Assembly: GCA_028534125.1 (NCBI GenBank)
Contig: CM052816.1
Span: 82,896,001-82,960,000, forward strand
Length of the DNA stretch: 64,000 bases
Direction: 5' to 3'
DNA from: Lama glama
Lineage: Eukaryota
Position numbers and translations under genes: made by a program. The notes under the pieces were generated by a model, which made no database searches, was not told the DNA's origin, and saw only the letters and a program-made list of their open reading frames with translations. Below, in pieces: positions 14,426 through 28,390 of the stretch. Numbering within the stretch: position 1 is the first letter of the stretch; every line of letters starts with the position of its first letter.

Positions 14426-16627
14426 TAGGTTTAGTGATGATGAACTATTAAAATTTTTGCTTGTCTGAGAATACTGTTATTTATCCTTCAATTCTAATTT
14501 ATAATCTTGCTGGGTAGAGTATCCTAGTTTGTAGTTTTTTTTTTTCTTTCAGTGCTTTGAATATATCATACCATTACCCACTGGCCTGCAAAGTTTCTGC
14601 AGGAAAATCAGCTCACAGCCTAATGAGGGTTCCCTTGTATATAGCTCTTTGCTTTTCTCTTGGTGACTTTATAATTTTCCCTTTAACTTTTGTCATTTTA
14701 ACTATGCGTCTATTTCAATTCATCTTGTCTGGAACTCTGTGTCTCCTGTAACTAGATATCTGTTTCTTTCTTCAGGTTTGGGTAATTATCATTTCCTCAA
14801 ATACAGATTTGACCTCCTCTCTCTCTTCTTCTATGTCTCTTATAATGCAAATATTATGCTCCATGCCATCCTAGAGAGCTCTTAAACTGTTCTCATATTT
14901 AAAAATTTTTTTCTTTTTGCTGTTCCTATTGTGATTTCCATAATTCTATCTTCCAGATCTCTTATGCCTTCTTCTGTATCACTTAGTCTGCAAGTCATTC
15001 CTTCCAGTGTGTTTTTCATTACATTCATTGTATTCTTCAGTTCTGACTGGTTCTTTTTTATATTTTCTAGTTCTTTGTTACATTTCTCAGTGTGTTCATC
15101 TACTCTTCCTAATTCAGTTAGCATTCTTATTACTAATGCTTTCGATTTTTTATTTGGTAAATCGTCTACTTCTGTTTCATTATTTTTTCAGGGGTTTTCT
15201 CTCATTCTTTCAATTCAGACCGGCTCATTTACTTTCTCTTTTTCCTTAAGTTTCTCTGTCTCTGTGAATGTAGGTAAAAAAGTCACCTACTGCAGTCGTA
15301 AAGAGATGTCTTTATGAGGGAGTGTCCTTATACAGTCTGCAAGTGCTCACTGCCTTTAGTTGGGGAACTGAATTTGATGCAAACACAAGTCATGTCTTTC
15401 CTCCAGGTGTGCTGGCAGTGAGCACCTTGATAAGAGGTGGGGCTAGAGATGGAGAGGCTAGGGCTGGAGTCAGGTATGTGGTGGGGCTGCCCTTCTGCAA
15501 AGTGGCCTTCACCACTTATTGAGAGTGTGGTCTTATCTCAAGTTGCTGGTTGCTGGTGTAAATACCCTAAGTCTGAACTGGCTCAGCTCCTTTTAAGTGT
15601 ATACTCTCCCCTCTCCCATCACCAGGAACCTTGCCCCAGAGGGGAGCAGTGGTGGAGCATGAAGGGCCTGTACAGCCTCTCAGTTAGTGATTGAGTGTGG
15701 ACTGTGGTGGGCTGACTACAGACAGTGGTCTAGGCTGTTCCCAATGTGCCACTCTGATGTATGAAAGCACCAGCAGCCCCTACTCTGCTCAGACTTAGCC
15801 ATGGGTCTGAATCTTCTTTACCCTCCAGCTGCTCACTCCCCATACTGTTGTAGAGCGTGCTGCTGGGTATGTAGGGCCCAAGTGGGCTCTCAGTGTTTGG
15901 TATCATGCAGGTTGTGGCAGTCCAACTGCTATCTGATATCGGCGCTGCTTCTACTGTGCTGCTTGAATAGGCAGCAGGAGTGGCCAGCCCTGCTATGCAT
16001 ATATGCTGCCCGAGGTTGGAGTCATCTCTGTGTCCCACAGTCAAGCTCCCTCCCTGGTTGTGGCAGCCCTTGCTCCAGTGTGGAGCTGTGCAGTGAAGGA
16101 AGCAGGGCTGGAGCATTCACTCTGCCTAGGCTAGGGAGTACTCCAGGGAAGTGGTAGGAAATCAGGCAGTCACTGGAGCAGTCCTCGATCTACTCTGCTC
16201 CCTGCCTGGGAGGAAGCCAGCATGCACACTCCTCACGAGCAGAGTCTAGGTTGCCCACAGCCCTCCTATTAGTCTCAGCTGCCCTCCAACATGCCAAAGA
16301 GGCTCACCTTCCCTGTTTTGGACCTCAGGACTGGGGTGTCCAATATGTGGCTAGAACTGCTCACTCCCAGGGTGGATTTCTGCACATGTAATCTCTCTTT
16401 TCCTCTGAGACTCCTTTCAGGACACAGGCCCTGACCTGATGGCTTCTCTTCCCTTTCTCCTCAGTTCTGTGTGGATCTTTCTTACAGCCTTGGTTGTGTA
16501 GGAGTCTTTCTTTCAGTTTCCAGTTTGTTTTCAATGAGAATTGTTCCATATGTACATGCATTTTTGACGTATTCAGTGGGGAAGGTGAATTCCATGTCCT
16601 CCTACTCCTCCATCTTGATCAATCTCC
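14426..16627 (-). mobile_element. L1 5' portion: 5' UTR and degraded ORF1
   Basis: ORF 14882-15124 (NKELENIKKNQSELKNT...LEG...RL...EE.IRDLEDR) is the ORF1p coiled coil. GC-richer 5' UTR at 15300-16627 starts (minus) ggagattgatcaagatggaggagtagg with the YY1-like aagatgg motif. Confidence 0.88.
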
Positions 16628-18169
16628 TATATTGTACAATTTGTATAAAAGGAAAAAGGAAAAAGAAAAAGAAAAAATAGGCACCATAACAACAAAGTCA
16701 CCAGTTTTTATCAGTATATGTAAATATTACTATTTGGGTTACACTGTACAATTCTCTTGATATTAATTTGCTTTAGCAACATGCACCACTTTGTGTTTAT
16801 AGATTTGTTAATGCAAAACTAACTCCACTTTGCAAGTGAGTCCTTGTGAAAGTTGACAGACATCAGAAAAATTAAACAGCACTACAGACAAAGCTTAAAT
16901 AAATAAATACTGCACTCTGTTAAAAAATAATGACTGTAATGATTATTCCAATAACACTATGTAAAGTCACTTGTCATCTCTCTGAATCTTAAACGAACGG
17001 TAAGAGCAATGGAAAGAATCCATTTCAGACAGGGAGAGAAAGAAAAGGCAGTATATTTTAACACATTAACTCTCAAAACAATCTGTTACCTATGTATTTT
17101 GTTGTGACACTGATTGTTAGAGTTCTCTTGTTGATATTCTGACATTAGAATTGTTTAACAAGTATCCTGGGAATTAGAGGGTATTCCTCAGTAGTCACAC
17201 ATAGCCTTCTCTGCTGCATACATAGCAGTGCTTCTGCATCTCCCAGACTGACCCAGCATTAACTAAATTGGATGTCAAGTGTGTCAACATGCTGTAACTG
17301 CTAGTGACATTGTTATGTGGGCTCCTGAGATGAAAGACAAAACACCCTGCAAGGAACAGAATATGGTATTTAAAGAAGCAGGTGGACTGCAAAGGATTTG
17401 TCTTTTATTTTTGGATTTATTATATTCTGATACTTGAGTGTTTTACTGAAACAACTGCCCTAAACTTTCTATCAAACACGGGATTAGAGGTAGTCCTTCA
17501 TTCATAGACTCATATAGACCCAAACAGCAATGCAATTAAAACTGTGGCTAAAAGCTTGCAGTCCTCACATTCCTTTAGATCCTATTTCATAAGTGGTACC
17601 TACCTCTTATTGGCACCTAACTAAATTTTGAGAGATATTGTCATAGAAATGATTTTTCTTTATTTGTAATTTCCTAAATAGTGGTTACATTTAAAACATC
17701 ATTAAAGAATATAACTAATATCCATTCATTTTTAATTAAAAAATCAGGTTTGCTTATGGAATAAAACTGTGTGAGTTCATGTTATAGTCATAAAATAAAT
17801 AAAAGTCTGCAAAAGCCTACGGATTTCCTGTGATAAGAATACTGTATCTTTATTAAATTGGCTAATCTTACCATTTAGACTAGATTTCACTCTGCTATTC
17901 CTGAACTATTTAATAATACTGAACGAAGAAACTCCTGTGTTTAAACCCATCCTTCAAGACCCAGCTGAACTTATATACACTTTGGTAAGCTTCTCTGGAC
18001 TTCTTCAGTTTGAAATAGCGTCATATTTATAAATTTGTTAACATTTCTGACTTATGCCATTAAATTAGCATTGCTAACTTATATTTTCCCATTAGGTTAT
18101 GTGCTTTCTTGAAGAGAAAAAATAGACATAAACTGAACAAAATAAACTGACAGATAATTGGAGCAATCA

Positions 18170-18622
18170 CAGAACACATCAATATCTATTGTCCCCCTTC
18201 CATTAATCACATAAGTTGAAATTTCAATCCATCACACAGTTGGCCAAAATAAAAGACTACATTTCTCAGCATTTTTACAGGTCAGTGTGATTGTGTTAAT
18301 GTCTGAACAGTGAAATGTCAGAAAAAGTGATATGAAAGGCTTTCAGAAAATTTTTACAATAGCATATTATCTTTCCACTCTGCTGCCTAGAAGTCTGTGG
18401 TGATTGCTGTAGCTCCAACAACCATCCTGACCCAGGAGACGTACTTAAGAATATCAGAGTAGAATGGTAGGAGCTAGAATCCCTGAAGATAGCAGCAAGT
18501 TTCTATAATGTCTATGATACCTAATTCCAAATTTATTTTTTGAGATAGCTCATGTCTTATTTTAGCCACACTAATATTCTGTGTTTTCTTCTAATATGTG
18601 ATCAAACTTAATCCTAAATAAC
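18170..18622 (+). mobile_element. MaLR (MLT1 old subfamily) LTR
   Basis: 'aaagactacatttctcagc', 'gctgtagctccaacaaccatcctgacc' and the end 'aaacttaatcctaaataaca' fit MLT1. Confidence 0.6.
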
Positions 18623-19729
18623 AGATGAAGATACAGGGATAGATGACTCAGCATTTGACTCTAATACAGTACACAGCCACTCAGTGCTTTCTTCTGTATA
18701 ATTTTAATCCTTATATTTGCCAAAACTTATATTTTTAAAGTACATTGAGTTGCTTAGCTAAGAGTTTCCTTTCAAAGAAAGTTCCCAATCTTCAGGATGA
18801 GGCATACAGGTATATTCTAATCAGTTTTACCAAATATCACATATAGTTTCCTTCCAATTATATTCCTTCTTGAGCATGAACATGGATGAAAGTAAATACA
18901 CTGACTTTTTCCTCTGATTTTCCTGTAGGCAGCCAGTAGCATATGTATTTCTATGTGTGGAATGATAGTGCATGTAGGCATTATACAGATATCATTGGTG
19001 ATTTACTCATGGATGAGACTTGTAAATTTCATTGTTTAAATTCCCACACAAAATTTGTCCTTTTCAAATATAGTTATATTGATCAAATTAAATATTTTCA
19101 TCATGGTATCGTAGGTAATCACTTTAGCTTTGAAATATGAAGAGAGGGAACACTTTCATTCTATTGATATCTCTATCTGTCTATGTCTATACTTATATTT
19201 ATATCTAAATATTATATCTGGATGCAGTTATATATAGACAGATGGAAACAGATATGTCTGCTTGGGAAAATAACCTGGGATAAACTTGTTCTGCTATAAA
19301 GAACTGAAAAAAATGGGACAACATTTCTGGAACAAATGTTTTCAGACAGTACAACAGATAGCACAGAACTGTGAGCAGTGAGAAGAGAGCTCTGTATTAC
19401 ATGAGCTGTGTAATCACCCATAGATGTCTAGATAGAGGCACTATGACAATACTGAAGAATTATCAGACTAAGACTTTAATGCAGCCATTATAAATATGCT
19501 TAAAAATTTAAAGTACAAGATAACATAAACAGGAGATAAAGTCACATAACATATAAGAGCACAGAGAAATTATAGAATGAACACTATAAACTTTAAATGA
19601 AAAAAATACAGAAATGAGATAAAAGCAAATTAGACTCTCCTGCAGGAAAGATCAGTAAAATTAAAAGCATACACTAGAAACTATTCAAGCTGAGGCATAA
19701 AGAGAAATGAACTGAAAAAACAAAAGAAC

Positions 19730-20150
19730 TGTAGCAGGTTGAACGCTAGGTCTCCAAAGATATGTTCACTCCTTAACCCTTTTAGCCTGTGAATGTGAGT
19801 TTATCTGGAAAAGGGTCATTGCAGACATAATAAGGATTCTGAGCTGGGATCATCCTCAATTTTCTGCGAGGCCCCTAAATCCAATTTTCTGTGAGGGTCC
19901 TAGTAACTGACACACACGAGAGACACACACAGAAAAAACAGAAAAGGATCCATATGAAGATGAAGGCAGAGATGGGCACCAAGTCAAGAAATGCTGGGAG
20001 CCACCAAAAGCTGGAGAGGCATAGAAGGATTTTCCCATAGAGATGTCAGCAGGAGCATGGCCCTGTCAATGCCTTGATTTCAGAATTATGATTTCCAGAA
20101 CTATGAGAAAACACTTTTATGTTGCACTAAGCCATCACATATGTGTTACT
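19730..20150 (+). mobile_element. MLT1C/D-like MaLR LTR nested in L1
   Basis: tgtagcaggttgaa...ctgtgaatgtga...ggaaaagggtcattgcaga...gccaccaaaagctggagaggc...ccagaactatgaga match MLT1. Confidence 0.8.
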
Positions 20151-21742
20151 GAAGTACAAGAGAGAGAGGACAGAGAGACCTATATATATGTATATATATG
20201 TATAAATGTATGTATCATACATATCTTTATCATACACTATACATACATATTCATGTATATATGAAATAATAACTGATGAAGTAGTAACTATTGAAAACAG
20301 AAACAATTATTTCCAACTCTCCTGACTCTAAATCCATAAAACCCATGGCATCACAACAAATTTGAATAAAATCAGTGATAAGGAAAAATAGCTAGAAATA
20401 AAACAGTAAAAACCAGAAAACAAAATAAGGAAGTGTACAGGTACATCCTAGAAACAATGGAAGCTAAGTAACAATAGAATGGAATCTTTAAATTGTTCAA
20501 AGATAATAAATCAATCTAGAATTCTATATTTAGCAAAATTATATCTCATAAAAAAGCAAAACAAATAATTTTTCACTTATTATCAGCAAATTTGCAATAA
20601 GCAAACACTTAAAGCAAGTTCTCCAGGATAACACAAAATAATACAACACTGAAATTGGATTTATACTGAAAAATGGAAAGTACTAGAAACAATAAATAGA
20701 TGATTAAATATAAAGGATTTTTTTAATTAAAAAAACCATAATTAATTCTTAAAATAAAAATAATACCAATGTATTTGAGGGTTTTTTTTATAACAGATGA
20801 TTGCTTAAAACAAAGAATAACAAGGCTTTATAGAGTTCAGAGATTATACAGAAGTAAAAATATGACAACCACAAAAGGCAGGTAGAAGCATACACATATA
20901 AAGTTCTTATATACGGAGTGGTGTGTATTATTTAAAGGTAGACTGTGATGTACTGATGGTATACACTGTAAAATTTAAAGGAATCAGTAAAAACAATAGC
21001 AGCAGCATAATACAGCTAACAGAACAGTAGTGTATGATAAAAATGCAAAACTCATATACATGCTATCTACGAAAAAAAATGTGCTGAAAGTCACAGGTAG
21101 CTTAACAAGAAAAGAATAGAAACATATATACTGCACAAACATTAATTGTAAGAAAACTGAAATGGCTATACTATTAATAAAGTAGACTTCAAAGCAAGGA
21201 ATATTAACAGAGTTTAAAAGGGTATTTCATAAAGATAAAAAGGTCAATTTATTTGAAGACAAAGCACTTATAAATGTGAATCATTTAAATAAATGAAGCA
21301 AAATTTGAAAAAAATGAGAAGAGAAACAGATAAATCCACAATTATAAATGCAGGCTTTAATACTTCTCTTTTGTAACTGAAAATAAATTTTCATAGAGAA
21401 TCAATAAGGAATTAGAAGACCTGAGCAACACTATCAAACATAACCTAATTGTTTTTTCTAGACCATTAATAAAAGCAAATTGATAGCAATTGATAAAAGC
21501 AAAATACACATTTTAAAATATAAATAGAAGACTGCCAATATTAACTGTATACTGAGTCATAAAACATGCCTTATTAACTTTGAGAGACAAATTCAACTAT
21601 TCAAATATTTTAATTGAAAATAAAAAAAAATCACAGCATATCAAAATTAGTGAAACAAATCAAAGCAAAACAGTGAAATTAATGGCTTCAAGTGCCTATT
21701 TCTGAAAATAAACAAAGGTCTAAATTAATGATCTAAAGTAAA

Positions 21743-22029
21743 TTATGGTTATGAAAGGGGAAAGTGAGCAAGGGGGGATAAATTAGTTCAGGATTAACAG
21801 ATACACACTACTATATATAAAATAAACAACAAGGACTTACTGCATAGCACAGGGAGTTATATTCGAAATATTGTAATAACCTATAATGGAAAAGAATCTT
21901 AAAAAGAATATATATATGTATAACTGAATCACTTTGCTGTACACCAGAAATTTATACAACATTGAAAATCAATTATACTTCAATTTAAAAAATAAAAGTA
22001 ATAAAATATAAATTAAAAAATTAAAAATA
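21743..22029 (+). mobile_element. 5'-truncated cetartiodactyl-type L1 3' end with A-rich tail and long TSD
   Basis: aaacaacaaggacttactgcatagcacaggga...tataactgaatcactttgctgtacaccagaaa...tatacttcaat + A-rich tail; flanking direct repeat at 21704-21742 / 22030-22068. Confidence 0.88.
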
Positions 22030-25000
22030 GAAAATAAATAAAGGTCTAAATTAATGATCTAAAGTAAAGTATAACCAATATAAGCAGAAAGAAAAAAATA
22101 ACAACCATATTTGTAGAAATCAATGAAGAAAACATAAGAAATCAAGGCAGTAACAATAACAGAAAAAAATCTGTTGATTCTTTGAAAAATTCCTTGATTC
22201 TTTGAAAAATTCAACAGAATTGACTCATTCCTAACAAAATAGATTGAGAGAAAAGAAAATGGATACATATTATGACTGTTAGATGTAAAAGAGGGAACTT
22301 AGCTGAAGATTATACAGATATTAGAAGAATAAGAAAAAATATAAAATCAGTTCAATGAAATTTAGATTTACAGTATTAAGGATAAATTTAACAACATTTG
22401 TGCAAAATTAGTATAGCAAAAATACTAAATTTTGCTGATAAGGATTAAACAATACCTAAATTTATGTATGTGGTTTGAAAGGGACAATATTGATAAGATG
22501 TTCATTATCTCAAAAATTGTATATAGATTCAATATAATTTCAATTAATATTCTAAGAGGACATTTGGGGTAATGGCAGGCTGATTATAAAATTTATATGG
22601 AAGGGCAAAAGACCTTAAATAGCCAAAACAATTTTGAAATTGAAGAACAGAGTAAGACGTAAACTATCATATTTCAAGATATACTATAAAGCCATAGTTA
22701 TCAAGACAGTGTAGTATTGGCATAAGACATACAGGCTGATGGAACAAAATGGAGAGTCTAGAAATAGATCCATTATATATAGAATTTTTTTTAGGAGAGG
22801 TAATTCAGTAGGAAGTGAAAAGTTTTTTTTTTTTATTAGCTGGTGCTAGATAATTTGATATGAATATGGAAAAAAGCATACCTCAAAGCATGCACAGATT
22901 TATTTTGGAATAAAACACAGACCTAAACTTAAAACCTAAATCCTTACAGTTTCTAGAAAAATAATGCATGAGAAAAAAGTCTGTGATTTTGGGATTGGCA
23001 AAGATCTTTTAGGTAAAACAAAAAAATACAAACTGTAAAGTAAGAAAATTGATAAAATGGGCCACATAAAAATTAAGAAAATGAAGAGGTCATTCAAGTA
23101 CTAGTGTGCGTGTGTGTTTGTGTGTGTGTGTGTGTATGTGTATCTGAATAGTTACTAAGCACATAAAAAGGCTGTCAACCTCATTTGTCATTGGGGAAAC
23201 AGTCAATTAAAATCACAGTGGGATACCACTATAGACCTACTACAATGGCTAAAATAAAATAAATTGATAAAACCAAGGAGTGGAATGAATTTTGAAGAAC
23301 AGATACGTTCATACTTTGCCAATTTGTACATGAATTTAAAAAATAGCTTGTCGTTTGACTATAACATGTACTTACATGGCCCATCTATTCAATCTTTAAT
23401 TATCTATATAAAGGAATGATAGAACAACTAGACTGGCATAGTGACCATTTTAAAATATACCAAAATATCAAATCATGCATACCAGGTACTTAACAGTATT
23501 GATATTTATAAGATTTCCTTCTGCGAGGCAGTATATTATCACATAAAATCAATTGAATTTTCAAAGGACAGGCTCACAAGTTGAATTTGTATTCCAAACT
23601 TAGAAAAAGGGTCTTCTTTAGTTTGGTCACAATGTAACCAAATCACTAGTAGTTTTCTATTTGGCACAGAAGTATTTAAAAGCAGTTTCTCATCATCAAA
23701 CTTAGTGTGATTAGAAAAATCCTCCAAAGAGGATGAATCTAAAAAGAAATACAAGTATATTAAAATACTTCTTCAGTGTCTCTGGCATATAAGTTGCATA
23801 ATAATGGTATCTTAAGTAAGTAAACACGTGTTTAGTAATAATGGAATAAATTATACATCAAGCAGTCATATGTGTAACAGTAAAAAAATCAATAGGACAT
23901 CAAACTAATAGATTCTATACTGATGTATTTGCTTTTCTCTATAAGTCATTTTCATCATGGTTTGTTAATAGGAGGTAGAAATGCCTGCATTAAAAGCCCT
24001 AAGTAATCTGCCTGTGATTTATGTTAGCTATTCCACCATCTAGTTTAATGCAATGCTTCTGATGCTAATTGCAGCTTCATGGCACTTCATGGTGAAGAAG
24101 AGTTCTTGTTTTTGTTACAGTGCAGTCAGTTCCCCTTTAGACAGTCCAACAGCTTGTTCTACTCAGTCTCTATCTCAGAGGTGAGAGGGAGCTCAAGGAT
24201 CTATGCACTGGGATAAATGATACTATTCAAAGAGACTTGTAGTGCCCTGAAAGACCACAATTTTGTATTTGCTGTGTTCTAGAAGATAGACAAGAAATAA
24301 CATCTATGGTACAAATACCACGTGCTAGATATATTACACAGTTTCAATCCCTTGCCCCTCCAATACTCTTTGAGACCAGTATTATTCTTATTTTATACAG
24401 GAGGAAACTGAGTCTTCTGATTAGGAATTGTGTCCCACATCTATAACAAGGTGGAAAATGGTATATTCCTCATTCTTACCAGTGTTATGAAAGCAAAGGA
24501 AATAATACTTGTAAAATTCTGGAAAAAGTGACTTTTTTTAGAGAATTGATTTTAAAAAGTGATTTGAACAAATTGTATCCTACATGGGAGTCTATGCCCT
24601 TTGCTTTACAATAGGTGTCATGGCAAATTATACACAGGGCATTTGAAACTTAGGGTTCCCTCTATGGAGACAACTAACGCATAAGCACTCATGATTCATG
24701 TAGTAAAGGGCTACGAAGGTAACTTCTTAGTAAATTCAAATGTCAATGTTCTTAATTCAAGGCAATAAATACCAAAAGAAGGATATTCTTATGAAACAGT
24801 TAAACACTTTTCCTTTTCAATTAATTGACATCTGCAGTACAGATTTGTTAACATATGTGATGGATAGTCCAATATTAAATTAACCCTGTCTCCATAGCTC
24901 ACTGAATCATATCTGTCACTTTCAATCCCATTATTGTGTTTTCACTTTGTATTGCATTTTATGGAAAGAGAAAGCAAATATTAAGTCATTTGGTTTTCAT

Positions 25001-25999
25001 TACAGTTAATACTTTTTAAACTTTCATATTCAAAAGTTTATTTTCCCTGGGTGTTTAAAAATGGAAATATATTTAATAACTAACGGTTCATTCATCTCAC
25101 TCAGTAACTTTTGAAATAATAAACTGACAATTTTTATTATAAATTATCCTCTGTTAAAAGCTGTTGTTGTTTGATTATATATTCCCTTCTCCCTGTGAGA
25201 CTATTTAACAGCCACTAGGTTTGTTTTTGTTTGTTTTTAGTGAAATTCCAAATGGCTAACTTCAGGCATTGTAACTCCTCCACTGTGCTCAACCTCCTGA
25301 ATTCAATTTCAATTAACTTCCCCAAAATGTTAGTTGACACTGATTCACATATCATCTTGAGAGTTAAATGTTTCTCCTTCCTTTCATCGAAGAGACATTT
25401 GTGGATACATGAGATGTCCCTAAATGAAACACTTAGTGAAACACTTAGTACATTTTCAAAGATCCATATTCATATTATAAGGCTTAATTATCTTTAATTT
25501 ATCATTTAACCCATGCCTCCTGATAATTCATAAAAAATAACCTACCAACGTCTGCAGCCAAGGAAGTGTATCTGTGCCACTATTCATCGTGGACATGAAC
25601 TTTTATAAAAAACATATTTAATCTTACAACATATAAGAATTTATATGGGCTTAGATCAACAGAATTGACACTGTGTCATTGAAGTGAAAGCAAATGGTGC
25701 ATTAGCTGGCAAGGATTGGTAGACGGTTTTCTTCAGTTGTTTTGCTTTGATTTCCTAGGAGGGTTCATGTTATAAAATATGTGAAATATATTATAGGCTT
25801 TAGAGAGAAATCACTTGATTAACCCACAGCCCTTATAATTTGTTATCAAATTAGAAGATACTTCTTTCCCAATGTTTTATTTTGGACTAAAGAAATTCTC
25901 CAAAGCTACCTTACTTAGTCAGATTTCTTCAGGTGTGATCTTAACATAGCTGTGTATATTTACCCTGACATTTACACATAACCATGGATTCTTCAAACG

Positions 26000-26600
26000 A
26001 ATATCAACTGTAAGATATTGGGCTCTGTTCTAAACAATAAAGAAGGGCTGCCTTCTCTGGCTTTGGAGCTTCTCCCTCTGGAGAAGGCAGATTACTAAAG
26101 TTGACAGATAAACACATAATTTCAGAAAGGGGAACATGGCATCAACAAAATTAAACAGGTATATGACAGAGAGGCACTAGAGGTGGGTAGTCCCTTAGAG
26201 TGATCGAGTAAATTCCTTCAGAGGAAACACTATTTAAGATCTGAATGGTGGAAGAGGATGATGCTAAGGGTTGTGTGGAGAAGTCTTAAGTTGAGGGAAC
26301 AGCGAGTGCAACATTCTTAAGTTAGAATAAATTTTCCTTATTTAAGAGAGAAAAAAAACAGCAGTGTACCTAGGGATTGTTAGGAAAGAAGACAGTGATG
26401 CAGAAGGCAGATTCTGATCACAAAGAATCTTGAGGTCCATTAAAAGCTTAGTGGGAAGTTGTTGTAGTGGAGCTAATGAAGGGGAGCAATAGTGTGATTA
26501 AAGTTTTTTAATGACTCTGGTTAGTGAAAATGAAATTTGGAGTAGCAAGGAGCAAGCAAGGAGAATGTTGCAGTTGTTGGATGAGAAATAATTAGGGCGC
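26000..26600 (-). mobile_element. LINE-2 fragment
   Basis: 'ctgccttctctggctttggagcttctc...gagggaacagcgagtgcaa' pattern of reverse L2. Confidence 0.5.
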
Positions 26601-27021
26601 TAAAGAATAAATGCAAGTAAATATGGGGAAATGACATCTGCAAACAAACCATTTAGAGAAATGGCACACAGATGGGCAACAGAGATTGCAAAGACATTTA
26701 GGGTTAAAAAATATCTATCTTTGTTTAAAATAACAAGAAACATCAGAACAGTGTGGTATGTATGCTAATGTGCATTTCCTAATTGGTAGACATAAACCAT
26801 GTGGGAGAGGGAAGTGAAAGACCTAGAAAATGTGCAGTTGAAAGTTTACTTAACCCAAGTACAAATCCCTGTCTTCAGAGGTGCAGGGATACTCCTTTCA
26901 TTTAAACAAGAGAGAAGGGGGACTATGTGAGTATGGATGCATGAACACAGTGCATGGTGATTGACGTTAATGGCATACTGAATGGTTTGGCACTTGCAAA
27001 CAGTCTCCAATGTTGTGCATG

Positions 27022-27116
27022 TCTACTAAGGAGAAAGGCTGTCTCAACAAGTCACCTGCCAGGCTATATCTACTAAGGAGAAAGGCTGTCTCAACAAGTC
27101 ACCTGCCAGGCTATAT
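27022..27116. repeat. Perfect 47-bp tandem duplication
   Basis: tctactaaggagaaaggctgtctcaacaagtcacctgccaggctata occurs at 27022-27068 and 27069-27115. Confidence 0.97.
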
Positions 27117-28208
27117 ACCCTCTGTTAGGGACAGGGAGCTGTTTGTAAAATTGAGGCTTGAAGTTTTCATAGTCAGCCATTTGGAGACAGGCTGCTACAG
27201 ACATACCAGGTGATTTTGTCTTCAAAAGCTATTTTTATAAACTCATTGCTGGCAGTATCTGAGTGACCTGGGATGTCTCACCCCATCCTCCCAGTCAGTA
27301 GATATCTCATGTTTAGGATTCACACAACTGGTTTAATAATTCAGCTATCCCAAACATGGCAAGTTAACAATGTAGCTGTTAAGTCTCCATTCTGAAATAA
27401 GTAACAGAGAAAGGTAAGAGGAAGAACAAATTATGTATTTTGACATAAACATCTTTCACCAATTCCACAATGAGGACCAGAATCAATTCAACTGAGCCAT
27501 TATTAGCAGGAGGTATGTGTAAGTAGTCTTAATTGCACTAGCTGCTCCCTGCCATCTCTGTTGCAGTTTCCTAAACAGCATGCATTCCTAAATAATGCAC
27601 CGGGACTTTCAGATTATTAAGTTTGCCCAAGTTAATGATAACCTGATCATCATCCCCAGTATATCTGTAGCCACTGGCAGAGAAAGCACTGAACTGTGTA
27701 CCTGACTAAAAGCCATCTATACAAGTTTTTGGACTAGCCAGCTAACACCAAAGATTTACTCTCTTTCATGACTGTACTATAGATTTCATAAATAAATGAT
27801 CTATTCTTTATCTTGATATTTATAAACTCTATAATATCTGCCATGGAAGGCATATGATCTGGAGTAGGTACAAATTCTAAAAGTGGCCTCTTTAAAAAAA
27901 AAAATTATTAGGTAGGGAAACCAACGGATGGTAACTGTACCAGATGAGGAAAGCGAAGCTGAGACGTTATAAGCAAGGTGATTATGAATTACCAATTTTC
28001 CTGGGATAGTCTTGGTTTCTCCCTGTTGTCCTGGCATAGTTAATAATGATACCTATGCTCATACTAAAAAAAAACCGAAAAAACAAAATAAAGACTCCAT
28101 ACTTTAAGGATAAGAAATACTGTCTAAGTAACTTGTTCTATGCTATACATCTAATAGATACCAGAGCAGGTTTCTGGCTCAGACTTAGCTCAAAACTATG
28201 TTCATTCT

Positions 28209-28390
28209 AAAACAGATCAACAAGTTCATACTGTATAGCACAGGGAACTATATTTACTATCTTGTAGTAACTTACGGTGAAAAAGAATATGAAAACAAAT
28301 ATATGTATGTTCATGTGTGACTGAAGCATTATGCTATAAACCAGAGTTGACCCAATGTTGTAAACTGACTATAATTCAATTAAAAATACA
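28209..28390 (+). mobile_element. Short L1 3' end (cetartiodactyl/camelid type)
   Basis: aacaagttcatactgtatagcacagggaactatat...tgtaaactgactataattcaattaaaaa. Confidence 0.85.

Larger units (their letters stand above)
19430..23480 (+). mobile_element. Old, fragmented L1M element (ORF1-ORF2 remnants) with nested insertions
   Basis: A-rich strand with L1 motifs: aagtagacttcaaagcaaggaatatt (EN region), tatagattcaat...atttatatggaagggcaaaagacct...atagccaaaacaattttg, ctataaagccatagttatcaagacagtgtagtattggcataa. Confidence 0.8.

Noticed and set aside
13874..14468. 184-187 aa ORFs
   Set aside because: Artefacts of translating through the N gap.
14882..16561. Cluster of 60-130 aa ORFs
   Set aside because: L1 ORF1 remnant and L1 5' UTR frames, not a host gene.
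22174..22212. 20-bp tandem duplication in L1 (also a 12-bp one at ~25425-25449 and an 8-bp hairpin at ~53891-53908)
   Set aside because: Common slippage or chance-level structures with no further support.
27022..27116. CRISPR-like repeat
   Set aside because: Two abutting copies with no spacer, in a mammalian genome.
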